64,000 nucleotides of DNA from Eledone cirrhosa (lineage: Eukaryota): positions 417,384,001-417,448,000 of the forward strand of contig OZ024740.1 in assembly GCA_964016885.1 (NCBI GenBank). The letters run 5' to 3'. Below are positions 13,321 through 28,000 of this stretch, piece by piece. The notes beneath the pieces were generated by a model. It worked only from the letters and a program-made list of their open reading frames with translations. It was not told the DNA's origin and ran no database searches. Numbering within the stretch: the first letter of the stretch is position 1; the number at the start of each line of letters is the position of its first letter. Both the position numbers and the translations under genes were made by a program.

Positions 13321-13619
13321 TCATCACGTTCCCTATCTCCTGGAGTATTTTACCTGACTTATTTTATTTTAACTTACTTTACTTTTATTTAGTTTATCTG
13401 CATTGTGGCGTCTTTTCAAAAAGCAAACATATTTTCGTCAATTCTTTAAAAAGAATTTCAATGTTTTATATATTCGTCTCAAACCGGTAACTACTGGAGT
13501 CGAAAGTGTGCCTGTCGCGAGCATTTTAAACCTGGCGGAAAGTCCCATCACCTTCCCGGATCTGAACATAGCTGGTTTCTTCCAAGAGAGAAAGAGAGAT
13601 TGTGAGAAAGGTTGTAAAG

Positions 13620-13725
13620 GAAGAATCGACCCCAGTACCAGACTGATACTTTTTATATCGACTTCGATGGGATGAAAAGCAAAGTTGACTTCACCGGGAT
13701 TTGAACTCAGAGTACCGCAATGCAT
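13620..13725 (-). mobile_element. SINE family 2 fragment
   Basis: GATGAAAAGCAAAGTTGACTTCACCGGGATTTGAACTCAG. Confidence 0.65.
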
Positions 13726-13756
13726 TAATTCTATCCATTATATATATATATATATA

Positions 13757-14020
13757 TGAAAAAACAAGATGGCGTAGGACAGAACAAAGGAAAGTCACAA
13801 AAACAAAGAAAAGAATCCCCAGTCACTGAAGAGGTCACAGAATGTGTGACGAAAGAACTTTGACAATATATGAACAACCGTCCGGTTATGGAACCAACCA
13901 ACCAACCGGAAATTTATAAATTTTTAAATTTATAAATTTAATTTATAATAAATTGGAGTGAAAGTAACTGGTGCGTGTGTTTCTTATTGGCAACATGACC
14001 CTCCCAAAGCATAACAATAT
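13757..14020 (+). mobile_element. PLE family B2 3'-terminal fragment between (TA)n tracts, HHR at 13821-13864
   Basis: Reverse complement of ~4200-4460; agtca CTGAAGA ggtcacagaatgtgtgac GAAA gaac TT tgac. Confidence 0.85.
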
Positions 14021-14029
14021 ATATATACT

Positions 14030-14109
<80 letters not shown>

Positions 14110-14173
14110 CCGTACTCAATACCGAAGTAGAGTTTTAATGTGATAAACAGGCGAAACTTCTGAGTAACAAGAC

Positions 14174-14257
<84 letters not shown>

Positions 14258-14261
<4 letters not shown>

Positions 14262-14500
14262 ATCAAAAGATGGTTAAAAGAGTTCCAAATATTTTATTAT
14301 GCACATTTCAAAAACAAATATCATCATGGGATGATATCTGCGTTCTCTTCAGATAAAATAGGGAGACATGATATGAAGCTTAAAAAACACTTGTGAATAG
14401 TGAAGTTTTAAATCAACATATGAAAAATAAATTAAGATCGATGTATGAGATTGGGAAAATGTGAGGGGGGGGTGGAAAAGGTAAGGAAGGGGAAGAAATG
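14258..14500 (-). mobile_element. PLE family A 3' fragment, HHR at 14290-14360
   Basis: Homologous to 3350-3581; CTGAAGA core, GAAA tgtgca TA. Confidence 0.75.
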
Positions 14501-14545
14501 AGAGATATTTGCATTGCTTTATTGTGCTACAATAAAACTCACCTC

Positions 14546-14599
<54 letters not shown>

Positions 14600-16017
14600 G
14601 TTAGAACACGAAAAGTGTGAAACAACAGAATGTTCACTTTTCGTGTTCTAACATATATGCCTTGCTTTTATAAAAAATTTTCGGGGATAGCCGTGGTGGT
14701 GGTGATCGTATGTCATTGGCTAATTTTCAACCAATCAGAGTACCTCTCTCTATATCTCTTCCACTGTTACTTACGCCTGTTTCTCTCTATCTGTTCCGTC
14801 TCTATATATATCTCTTACTCTTTCGCTTTGCACTCCTCCCCTTCAATACCATCTCTCCCCCTCTCTATATATTTGTTACTCTATCGCTGCACGCTCCTCT
14901 CCTTCAATATATCAATTACACACGCTTTACACTCCTTTATCCCCAGCGCCCCTATATATACACCCCCCCCTCTCCCGCATCTATATTTTAATGTACCGTT
15001 GCACCGTGAATATATGTGTCTATATATATATACATATATATTGTATATACACATTCATGTATGTGTATACACACTCATGTATGTATATACACTGGTTTTA
15101 TGTGTGTATTGTAAATTTGTACTGTTAAAACACGAAACTAACATTCGATTGACACTTTGATTACCTGTACAGGCAATAGTTATTAGAATGCTGTTGAAGT
15201 GTGTATATATTTTTGGGGGACATCCTGTATATACACACATTATATATAATACAATAAACAGATAAATACACACATATATATATGAGCTTATTTAATTATA
15301 AATATTGTGAATTTTTAACTCAGTTCAATTATATATATAAATGGCTTCTACAGGACTAGAACTGTTTCATTCGAAAGAAATCATCATAATATTGAGAGGG
15401 GGGACTAGATAAAATATTTCAAATCAAATGTGTATAAGTTATAAGTTAAAATGTATAAATAGAGACGATAGTGGAGGTATATCTGTTTAGTGGAACAGTA
15501 GACGATAGAATTAAATACAGACGATAATCTCCCTTTAATGAAACAGCAGACGATAGAATTAAGGCAATTTAAATTTTAAGCATTTGCATTTTTGCCTTTC
15601 ATCGTTACGGGGTCGATAAAATAAAGTACCAGTAATACACTGTCACTATAAGTAGACGACTTTCAAATTGAATTGTTGGTTCCATTTCTTTAGTATTTTC
15701 AATTGTAGTTATCTACTTAAAAAGCGTTACACGGTTAGAGACATAATTCGTAAGTTATATCTTCCCTATTAAACCATTGCATTATTTCGCCTACAATAGA
15801 ACAAAAATGAAATGTTCTTTAAAGAAACAGGAATATAACTTTATAAAAAAAAAAGTTGCATCCGCTTCTTTTATCATTGATAATTTTTTCGTTTTAATAT
15901 TAATTGTTTTTTGTAGTTGTTTATATTAAAAATCTTACTGTAATATTTACTTAAACGAAGGCAAACATCTAAACTTATAGATTAATCTTGAGCGAAGGAC
16001 TAGATAAATCTCTCTCC

Positions 16018-16089
<72 letters not shown>

Positions 16090-16469
16090 GAAGAATGATA
16101 AAATTTCAAGCAAAGAGTTTAATTAGGTATATTTTGTAATATTATTAACTAATTATTATAATTAACGCGCATATTTTGCTATCCTCAAACACGTTTTACA
16201 CATGGCATGAAATATAACTAATCCGAGATGGCTAGGTTTCATCTTCTAACTGGATATACGAAATCCATTATGTCTTGACAACAACATGAGGTAACATTAT
16301 GTTATTCACAGACACACTTTGTACACTGTTCCATATCAGAATGTATTTCCTTCGTCACATTCACAAACAGTATTGAAAATATGTTCTTCGGCAAATAAAA
16401 ATGTTTTGTTCATAATATTTCAACTAGCGATTGCTCTACTCCACGCACGACCACCATAAATTAATGACC

Positions 16470-16650
16470 AGCTCAACACAAGTATTGGTAGAGCGTCAGA
16501 CACCATGCTTTGCAGTATTGTTATGGTCCTTTGCATTCTAAGTTCAAATCCTGCCGAGGTTAACTTCGACTTTCATACTTACTAATTCGATAAAATAAAG
16601 TACCAGTAATGGACTGCCGTAATGGATTTGTGCCGAAAAATAGAAACACT
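16470..16650 (+). mobile_element. SINE family 2
   Basis: TTGGTAGAGCG A box, AGTTCAAATCCTG B box, CGATAAAATAAAGTACCAG core. Confidence 0.75.
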
Positions 16651-17207
16651 ATTAATGTGCAATAAGAGCAAAATATAACGACATTGCTCAATTATTTTAT
16701 CTAATGTTGTAATAACACAAGGAAATGTTGTTTGTGTATTTTTTTTTATATTTGCTCATAGGCTTTTACAATTTCGCTCAGCCAACAACTATTAAAAAGT
16801 GAGTTGCTTAAGATAACAATTTAATCACAAATTGTTGCTATCTTTTAATACACTCCAACAAGTCATCAAATTATGTACAATAAAAACAAATCTTATTAAT
16901 TTGCTCAGGGAATATAAAGAAAATGTATATACACTGATAATTGCAATTGTATGTAAATATTTTGTTTTTGTATTGTATATTTTATGTTTTCTATTATGTA
17001 TAATATATTGATTTAATATTGATTGTTTTTTGTAGTTGTTTATATTAAAAGTCTGAAAATATTTTTATACATCTTACACTAATATTTATAAGATAATTTA
17101 TAATAACAATTACATAATCTAATTACATTACAACGATAATTTATTATTAATATATATCCTGTTTAACTAGAGTTATTACAAGCGTTGCCTTAAAAAAATA
17201 TTAAACT

Positions 17208-18159
17208 AGACATGAAAAATGCGCAAGCTCAAAAGTGCCACAGAATGTTATAATAAACCTTCAAAAGTGTGGGACTAGAGTTGTTGCTAAAAAATATTGT
17301 AATCATTATATATCGTACATTCTGTGGCATCCTTTATAAAAATAGCTTAAACCAACGAAGCCTTTATTTTTACGCTATTTCACTTAGTTAATTCTTAGAG
17401 TGTAACATATAAAAATAAATACATCTATGTTTAATGTAATAACAGCTATAAATAATTACGTAATATTATTATCATATACTCATAGTAACAAAATAATTGT
17501 GTTGAAACTTAATATGATGCTTATATGAACGATCAAATCTATAATGATAATTTCTTAAATATACTAATAGTAAAATAATTTAGTTATCTATTGTTACATT
17601 TTCATAGAACTATAATATTAACAATCGTATTGCATTATCAAATTTTTATCACTACAAACTTTCATATTGGAATTACCTTAAGCCACTTATTATTACTTCG
17701 CTTTCGTACTTTTACAGCTGTAGATATTGCGCTGTATCTTATATCTAATATCAATATCTCGTGGTAATTTGCATGAAGTGTAAAATAGGTTTATTAATAA
17801 CTTTAATATGAAATGTATTATACAGGGCTGTGGAGTCGGCCAAAAATTGACTGGCTTCAACTCAGGATCCGATACTCCATTATTTCCTAAATTTCAGCTC
17901 CGCAGCTCTGTTATTATATTAATTAATTTATTTTATAGTTGTAAATCATATTTTTATATGTTACACTCTAAGAATTAACTAAGTGAAATAGCGTAAAAAT
18001 AAAGGCTTCGTTGGTTTAAGCTATTTTTATAAAGGATGCCACAGAATGTACGATATATAATGATTACAATATTTTTTAGCAACAACTCTAGTCCCACACT
18101 TTTGAAGGTTTATTATAACATTCTGTGGCACTTTTGAGCTTGCGCATTTTTCATGTCTA
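17208..18159. repeat. Inverted repeat, ~210-bp arms (17208-17417 / 17950-18159) around a ~530-bp spacer
   Basis: AGACATGAAAAATGCGCAAGCTC...GTGTAACATATAAAAAT and its reverse complement, ending at (TA)n. Confidence 0.85.
17823..17910. mobile_element. Small hAT-like MITE
   Basis: Imperfect TIRs CAGGGCTGTGGAG / CTCCGCAGCTCTG; 8-bp flanks GTATTATA / TTATTATA. Confidence 0.55.
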
Positions 18160-18237
18160 TATATATATATATATGTCTCAAGGCTCTGATACCATCAACA
18201 CTATAAACACAGAGCTGGCATATCTAAGAACTGACTA

Positions 18238-18293
18238 ACTGCCTGATGAGGTCATAGCCATTCAATGGCTATCATCGAAATATATATAGCAGT
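18238..18293 (+). ncRNA. Minimal type I hammerhead ribozyme (family D)
   Basis: actgc CTGATGA ggtcatagcca-ttcaa-tggctatcatc GAAA tatata TA gcagt, followed by AATAAA; ~165-bp insert between (TA)n tracts; 3' end also at 43509-43558 (-). Confidence 0.8.
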
Positions 18294-18334
18294 AAATAAA
18301 GGATTATGAGTTTATGCAATTGACTTATGTTTCG

Positions 18335-18380
<46 letters not shown>

Positions 18381-18644
18381 TATGAACTCAATTTATATAT
18401 ATATATAAATGTATGTATCATCATCATCATCATCATCATCAACGTTTAACGTCCGTGTCGGTGTGTATATAATATAATATATAATATATATATATACACA
18501 TATACACACAGGCACGTACACTGACTGCTGTTGACAATATACACCAAACATGAAATTTTAAACATTGAGATATAGCAATGACATTAGGCGACCAAATTTA
18601 ACCTTTAAAAACCCGCAACATGTAAGAGTATGCGCGTGTTTATA

Positions 18645-18685
<41 letters not shown>

Positions 18686-19539
18686 TAAACACATACGCCG
18701 GAAGTATAGAGTGATATACAGGTATAAGAAAAAAATAAGGTAATTATATATAAATATATATATATAAATGGGGAAAACCATCATAAATGAAAGGTGTATA
18801 TATGCGGAAATGATTAAATAAATTGTATTTATCATTTCCATTTGGGGAAATCTGAAGTAACACAATTCTTCGTTGACAAAATAGAAGTTAGTAGATATTC
18901 AATTACACGAGCGTATATATATATATATATCAACTTGAATATATATGCACATAGATTTATCTATATGTATATATAAACACACGCACACACACACACATAT
19001 ATATCAATTTGAGTATATATGCACATAGATATATCTATATGCATATATATACACAAAGATATATACATACATATATAAATATATATATATATATATATAC
19101 GCACATACATAATATATATATATATATATATATATATAAACACACACGTATGTATATATATATAAACGTAAATACGAACATATACATATATACATACGCA
19201 CCCCCACTCCCCAACAATACGACACTGCATACATACATACATGATCCGATAATAAAACCGAAACAATTAAGACAGGCAATTAAGATGCTTTCTTTTTCTG
19301 GGACTCCTATCCAACTGCCTTGCCTTGTTTATTGGCGGCAATTCAGTGCAATCTATTGTGCAGAAGCATGCCAGTATCGAATCACATTCACAAATAAATC
19401 CTTTACTTAATCGATCTAATAAATTCAAAAGGCTGAGACTTACAACTAAAAAGCAGGTGCGTCTCATTTTTATTTTCTATCAGTTCCGTTTACTTTTATT
19501 TTATCCTCTGCATTTTATATACCTTAAAATTAAACATCC

Positions 19540-21062
19540 CTATAAGGAGTCCTTCGTCTTATGTCCAGGTCCAGATGATGTAAACACTCGCTATGACAGG
19601 CCCTTCGTCTTATGTCCAAGTGATGTAAACACCCCCTATGACGGGTCCTTCGTCTTATGTCCAGGTGATGTAAACACCCCCTATGACGGGTCCTTCGTCT
19701 TATGTCCAGGTGATGTAAACACCCCCTATGACGGGCCCTTCGTCTTATGTCCAGGTGATGTAAACACCCCTTATGACAGTTTTATGTCCAGGTTATGTAA
19801 ACAGACCCTATGACGGATCCGTGGTGTTATGTCCAGGTGATGTAAACAGACCCTATGACGGGTCCTTCGTCTTAGGTCCAGGTAATGTAAACACCCCCTA
19901 TGGTGAATCTTTCGTCTTAGGTCCAGGTTATGTAAACAGACCCTATGACAGGTCCTTCGTCTTAGGTCCAGGTTATGTAAACAGACCCTATGACAGGTCC
20001 CTTCGTCTTAGGTCCAGGTTATGTAAACAGACCCTATAATGGGTCCTTCATCTTAGGTCCAGATAATGTAAACAGCCCCTATGGTGAATCTTTCGTCTTA
20101 TGTCCAGGTTATGTAAACAGACCCTATGACAGGTCCTTCGTCTTATGTCCAGGTGATATAAACAGACCCTATGACAGGTCCCTTCGTCTTAGGTCCAGGT
20201 TATGTAAACAGACCCTATAATGGGTCCTTCATCTTAGGTCCAGATAATGTAAACAGCCCCTATGGTGAATCTTTCGTCTTATGTCCAGGTTATGTAAACA
20301 GACCCTATGACAGGTCCTTCGTCTTATGTCCAGGTGATATAAACAGACCCTATGACAGGTCCCTTCGTCTTAGGTCCAGGTTATGTAAACAGACCCTATA
20401 ATGGGTCCTTCATCTTAGGTCCAGATAATGTAAACAGCCCCTATGGTGAATCTTTCGTCTTATGTCCAGGTTATGTAAACAGACCCTATGACAGGTCCTT
20501 CGTCTTATGTCCAGGTGATATAAACAGACCCTATGACAGGTCCCTTCGTCTTAGGTCCAGGTTATGTAAACAGACCCTATAATGGGTCCTTCATCTTAGG
20601 TCCAGATAATGTAAACAGCCCCTATGGTGAATCTTTCGTCTTATGTCCAGGTTATGTAAACAGACCCTATGACAGGTCCTTCGTCTTAGGTCCAGGTGAT
20701 ATAAACAGACCCTATGACAGGTCCCTTCGTCTTAGGTCCAGGTTATGTAAACAGACCCTATAATGGGTCCTTCATCTTAGGTCCAGATAATGTAAACAGC
20801 CCCTATGGTGAATCTTTCGTCTTATGTCCAGGTTATGTAAACAGACCCTATGACAGGTCCTTCGTCTTATGTCCAGGTGATATAAACAGACCCTATGACA
20901 GGTCCCTTCGTCTTAGGTCCAGGTTATGTAAACAGACCCTATAATGGGTCCTTCATCTTAGGTCCAGATAATGTAAACAGCCCCTATGGTGAATCTTTCG
21001 TCTTATGTCCAGGTTATGTAAACAGACCCTATGACAGGTCCTTCGTCTTATGTCCAGGTGAT
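19540..21062. repeat. 45-bp satellite with 181-bp (4-mer) higher-order repeat
   Basis: Monomer GGGTCCTTCGTCTTATGTCCAGGTGATGTAAACACCCCCTATGAC; near-identical ORFs recur every 181 bp (19990, 20171, 20352, 20533, 20714, 20895). Confidence 0.95.
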
Positions 21063-22448
21063 ATATATATATATAATGTCGGGTCCTCTTATGTTCAGGT
21101 GATGTAAACATTGACTTCGGTAATACCGCGCCGGAAGTTGTATATTTTCGCTTTCGTAATCGGTAAACAGGTGATGTACAATATATGTGTGTATGTATGT
21201 ATGTGTGTGTGTGTGTGTGTGTGTAGGTAAGTGTGTATGTGTGCGTGTTCGGCAATCTCTGTGAGGTACGGAAATACTCCCGAACACTCACACATATACA
21301 CATAACTTCCGGCATGGAAACTGCCGAAGTCGTTGTTTACATTACCTAGACTTACGACGAAGGACCCGACGACTGAGCTCTTGCCGTTTCGACAGAAAAT
21401 TCCAGACATATATATATGTGTAAAAGAGAGAGATAAAAACGAAAAAAGGAGGAAGGAATGAAACATGTTTAACGCTTTTACATTACTACTTCGAGAAATT
21501 GAGGGGAGTCCCTAAGTAGATGTTCGACATGCTAGAAATAGCAGCCAAATTATATCCTACCCGTCTTGAGAATGAAGAGGACACACCATATAGTGTAGTA
21601 GCTACGTATCCCTAAAAAGACGAGGACTGTCATGGTTGGAGGGTCTTTGATCATCATAGATCTGTTCCATCGGCCTTAACCTGGGACCCAACCTCAACGT
21701 CGAAGATGAAGATGTGAGACGGAGATTCCAATACGTAATGAGTTAAGTTAAATGAAATAGACAGCTTGGTTATATCAGTTATACATACATAGTAAATAAG
21801 AAATACATTTCATAACAGTGTGTGTGTTTGTGTGTGAATGAGTGTGATCGTGTGTGTGTATGTGTGTGCAGGCATGTGTGCGTGTGCGGGCGTGTATGTG
21901 TGAATGTGTGTGTATGGGTATGTGTGTGGGTGTGTGTGAGTGCAGGCGAGTGTGTCTGTATGCGTGCGTGTAAGTGTAAGTGTGTGCGGGTATGTGTATG
22001 CTTGTGTGTGTGTGTGAGTGTACGTGCGAGTGGGACAGAATTTGCGCGCGTCAAAAAAGAAAAATTAATTCACAACTAAAAAAAATCATACTATAAACGG
22101 AAATATAGAGGGGAAATGTGAGAATTCTTGAAATATAATAATATTGAACATAATTAAAATATTTCAAGTTAGTTATTAACTGACAATAACGTGATTTAAA
22201 CAAAATGACAATTTACGTATGTGGGAAAAAGTCGCTTGTTATTCTCGTAAATAACAATCGAATGTTTTAAAAATCATTAAATTAGTAATTTATTGAAGTT
22301 TTACTGTGACTTTTTAAATAAAGCTTATCCGATACAAATTTATACCAAAACAGCCAAAATTTAAACAGTTCAATAATCGATTAGATCCATTTAAATTTAG
22401 AGTGGACTTTACATAGATCTTTATTAACATCACTATTTTTCTGTCCGG

Positions 22449-22564
<116 letters not shown>

Positions 22565-22782
22565 GGAAAATTTGAACAGGAACAAAACAGAGGCAGTACA
22601 ACGAATGTTTATTAATTTCACGCTCGTGAAAGTGGGGTGGTGGTGTATATATATACCCGACAGCTGAGCTCTTGCTGCTTCAACAGCTAATATATATATA
22701 CATATGCATATTCAATATATATACACACACAATTATATAGGAGAAAAATTGGATATATTTTGTCTGCCTGTTCTTCAAACTA

Positions 22783-22859
<77 letters not shown>

Positions 22860-23880
22860 CATATATATATATATATCCATACATATATTATTGTGTGTTT
22901 GGGTGTAGGTGCATGATTGAAAATATTTAATGTACATGTACAAGAGGAGCTTTGGACAATGCTATCCATCCATGGGTTATCCACGTTATCGATTTCAAGA
23001 ACAATACTTGTGACGTTAATGTTTTTTGTTTTATTTTCTTCAACAACACGAACAGATTAGCGATGTAAGTAAATTAAAAATGAAGAGAAATATCTCCCAA
23101 CTAGGATCGAGAGCTTCCCATTTAATTCTACAGCACTCACCAGCTATTCATAATATCTACATATAACAAGCAAGCGTACGTAATTGTTTATATACATAGA
23201 AATTGGTTGGTGTCTTTTAGAGAGGGGCTGTGTTTTAAGATATCAACGTATAGCACCTTACAGCAGCCCATAATTAGTTTCAAAATAATACTAAAGTAAT
23301 GTTGCTATCATCACCATCATCATCGTTTTGCTATCGTTATCATAAGTCGTTGACAAATTTATAATACTTACCAAAATCGTAATATCATTACCATCGGCAT
23401 CACCACCAACGGCTTTACCATTGCCATCATCTTCGAAATTATTGTCATTTTCGTCGTTTTCATCATTATCATCATCAGCAGTGTATCCATCAACATCATT
23501 GTATTGTATATATAATATATTATCTCAATATGTTTGTTGTTGTTACTGTTGTTGTTACTGTTTCTATATTGACGATTAACATGCAATGCCAGCAACAGAT
23601 GTAGTTATTACGAGAATAACTTGTTGCTGTTTTGTTGTTGTTGTTGTAGTTATCATCGTTGGTGTAGTTGTTGTTAGTGGTAGTGGTGGTGGTGGTATTG
23701 ATGGAGAGATGTGAATTGTTTGAGATGTAGTCGCGCCATCAGTAGCAAGAAGTGATGATTAAATAGCCATAGTGGCGATATTGTGGACAAACGTTTGTTG
23801 TCCAAGCTGCGATGATTTAATAATGGTCTCCGCAGTGCAAAGTAACATCCGAGCACCGAGCCAGACACACCAGCAGTATT

Positions 23881-23919
<39 letters not shown>

Positions 23920-24415
23920 TATGATGTCTGTTTGTCTGTCAGTCTATCTGTCTGCCTGGAAGCAATCTATCTTTTTTCTACATATCAGTAAGTCGATCGT
24001 GGGTTGGTATTACTGTTGTTATTCTTTGGGCCACACTTCCGACAATTTCCTTTTGTAAAGCGATGGTAAAATAAAGAGGAGGCAGCTGCTACCACTACCA
24101 CAAATACTACTGCTAATACTTATACTAATACTACCATGACTACTACTGCAGCTAAATCCTTCATCGTAGTTTTAAAAAGGAACAGGTGGAATCGTTACCG
24201 ATAGCGAAACAAGTGGATATGATTCAGGTGATTGGACACACAGACACGCGTTCACAAGTAGCCGACACACGCGTACATACATACCACATACACATTATAT
24301 ATAACACTCACACACACACATATATATATATACCTATCTATCACTCTCTCTCTATCTCTATCTCTCTCTCTTTCCATATATATATGTGTATATATATATA
24401 GGATTTAAAAGTGAG

Positions 24416-24461
24416 TCTTGTTACTCTGGAGTTTCGCCTGTTTATCAGTCATCAGTCAAGA
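24416..24461 (-). ncRNA. Hammerhead motif (family E), stem II damaged
   Basis: Reverse complement: tcttga CTGATGA ctg-ataaa-caggc GAAA ctc-ca-gag TA acaaga; 3' half also at 14141-14177. Confidence 0.55.
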
Positions 24462-26212
24462 ACTAAATATTAAAACTCTAATTCGGCATTGAGTACTCTT
24501 TTCTCTCACCCGTCAACTACATACGGATATATATATATATAATACAGAAGCAACTTAGTGTGTAGATAAAAGAATACTTACATAGACCTCCATACATTTA
24601 ATTACAGGGTGACGGACAGAACGACAGTCCCACATGAGACAAGTCAACAGATATATTTTATACATACATATATGTATACAATTGGCGACGTAGCTTTTAT
24701 CTTTACCAGACAGACAGCTCTCTCGTCTGAACTTTCAGACAGACACACGTTCATATTCACACTTACACACACACCTCATACTCACACTTCCACATCACAT
24801 ACACACGTTCATACTGACATGTTCATGCTCACACTTACACACTCAGACGTACAGACAACATACGTACACAGACACACTCTCACACACGTACACAGACACA
24901 CTCTCACACACACGTACAGACACACTCTCTCTCACACACACACGTAGACACTCTCACACAGACACCTACAAACACTCTCACACACGTACACAGACATACA
25001 CTCTCTCACACACGACATAGACACACATACAGGCACACTCACACATACACACACTCGCACGTGCACACGTAGGTTGAACGTATAGCTCACACGCGAATCG
25101 AATTGTCGAATTGTACAAAATGAACAATAACAACGCTAACAGTGATTACTACAAGAGAGTTTAAGGAAATACAAGTGGCTGTATGTAATTTCATCGACGA
25201 CAGCAGTTGTAGCTGTAATATATCCAGTTAGTTATATATGAGTGAGATTCTGTTGTAAGTAAAACGACCACCACCACCACAGCTTCTCTCGTTAATTGTG
25301 GAGGCAGTAGTTGTTGTAGTGGTGATGGTGGTAATGAGTTATGGTAACGGCGGAGTGTTTGTTGTTCGGGTTATTTTGTTTTCTTTCTATAATGAATATG
25401 AGGTTAGTGATTACTGACTGGAAGAAAGATTTGTTGAATTACAGATAAAAAAAAACTAACACAAGTGAAAGAAAAGAAAAGAAGCGGTAGGAGGAAGTCA
25501 GAGAAAGACTATATTTGGTGTAAGGGTAAACTGTATAGAAAGAATAAATAAACTCGACGAACGTGGAGGAAAAATAGAAAACCGTTGTGAATATATAATA
25601 GTATTAATAATGTGATGCACTCAACCAGACATAGTTTGTTGTTTTGTCCGATAGGAGACGAAGAATGTTACCAAGTCACTGTTGGATAAAATTATTCGTT
25701 CGGTTATTTTAATTAGGTAAAAATGCTTTTGGATTTTAGGCTAGAAAAAAATAGATGCAATGGTGTTCATCCCTTTCTTAAGGATATTCACAGCGTTAAG
25801 TGAAGATAAAAAGGATTGAAACAAGGAACTGGGACTTCCCACTATCATGTTGGATAAAATTAATATTTGTTTAACATACTATATAAGAATTGCTTGTCCG
25901 ATGTCATTACATATATATAGATATATTATAGTGAATGATATAAGGTACACCCGAGTTTGTATCCTTTCTTGTTACAATATATCATTTGAGCGTTTATTTA
26001 CTTATATAGAGAGATATGAATGGATAGTACCCTATCTGTCGGTCTATATGTCTGTCATCTATCTATCGATGTTATATGTCTTTATATTTTTCTTTACACG
26101 ATTGTATGTAAAATCCCCGGCATGTCTTTGTTTTGTCCCCTTTTCTTGTGCGGCGCCCTTATGGCTAATAAAGAAATATATCTATATGTCTGTCTATCGA
26201 TCTATCTGTCAT

Positions 26213-26246
<34 letters not shown>

Positions 26247-26364
26247 CTCAATCTGCCATCTATCTATCTACTATCTATCAATCTATCTGCCATCTAACTA
26301 CTACCCATCTATCTATCTGTCATCAATCTATCTATCTATCTATTTATTTATCTATATCTATAAA

Positions 26365-26780
26365 TAATTGTTTCTACTTTTGGCACAAGGCCAGCAATTA
26401 TCTCAGTGCATTACTGGTACTTTATGTTATCGACCCCGTAAGGATGAAAGGCAATAAATAATATACACTGTTCGCAGATATTTTTTTTTATCTTCTTATC
26501 AGCGGCTGTCTCTCAACTAGTCTTCCAAATATGACCATCCTGTTTTGTTTTCACAGGATTATGTTGCTGTTTTTCTTTAATCCTAGTAAAATTTATTTCG
26601 TGAAAACAAATAACATAATAAATGGACAATGACAATAATAATTGTTTGTAATAAAACACAAGGCCAGCAATTTGAAAGTCGATTAAATCGACCCAGTGCA
26701 TTACTGGTGCTCTATTTTATCGATCCCGCGATGATGAAAGGCAAAGTTAACTTCGGCGAGATTTGAACTCAGAACTTAAT
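26365..26780 (-). mobile_element. Two SINE family 2 fragments
   Basis: GGCACAAGGCCAGCAATT..ATCGACCCCGTAAGGATGAAAGGCA (26365-26455); second copy 26655-26780. Confidence 0.7.
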
Positions 26781-26901
26781 GGACAATAGCAATAATAAGT
26801 TTTTCTTCTGTTTAAAGACGGAGAAGTGTGATTTGAGGTAGATTTGCCAGCTATGACTAGCATATCGACATACCACGTACATTATACGTGGTATGTCGAT
26901 A

Positions 26902-27004
<103 letters not shown>

Positions 27005-27027
27005 ATATATATATATATATGTATATG

Positions 27028-27205
<178 letters not shown>

Positions 27206-27243
27206 GTAGGAGGTGAGTTTTATTGTAGTACAATAAAGCAATG

Positions 27244-27276
<33 letters not shown>

Positions 27277-27607
27277 TAGATAGATAAATCTACCAAAAGT
27301 TTACGGTAGTGTCCAATCCGTATGAAGAACTCAATGTAATCCGGATATCATGAAAAGAGAAGATGCATTCAAAAACTACTTTCGGTGAAAAATAAACGGA
27401 AAACAGAGTCAATATAAATTATTAAAAAAATAATGAATAAACAAAGAAGCAGTTCCTTATATTAAAAAAAAGTTCATTATTTTACGATCGTTTTTAGGAT
27501 ATATATGTGTTAGAGTTGGTATGCATATTCTATAGATCTATGTACAATATTTATACAAACTATCAGAGGGAATATACATACCTAACCATATATATGCTGT
27601 CTTCAGA

Positions 27608-27708
<101 letters not shown>

Positions 27709-27851
27709 GATTGGTGCTCTGAAATAGCGATGTATACATGAATGTATGTATAGTATATTTGGTAATATATACCGTATGTTTAATTAAAAACATTTTGAAG
27801 ACCTTACGCTATCGGTTTTAAAGTAGTGAATATATCACTTCTTTTCGGAGA

Positions 27852-27892
27852 AACTAACAGTCTGTTTCGCGCTGTTGGCGATCATCAGAGCC
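27852..27892 (-). ncRNA. Hammerhead ribozyme (family G)
   Basis: Reverse complement: ggct CTGATGA tcgc-caaca-gcgc GAAA cag-a-ctg TT agtt. Confidence 0.6.
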
Positions 27893-28000
27893 ACGTACTC
27901 CCTGCTTTCGCCGAAAATTATAGAAGCTGGATTCTTATGTATGTATGTATGTATGTATGTATGTATGTATGTATGTATGTATGTATGTATGTATGTATTC

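Noticed and set aside
19540-21062. CRISPR-like array (also considered for 59898-64000)
   Set aside because: No unique spacers, no cas genes, eukaryotic context
19325-21107. Repeat proteins VLCPGDVNTPYDGSF
   Set aside because: By-product of a 45-bp satellite; the +1 base in each 181-bp unit breaks the frame
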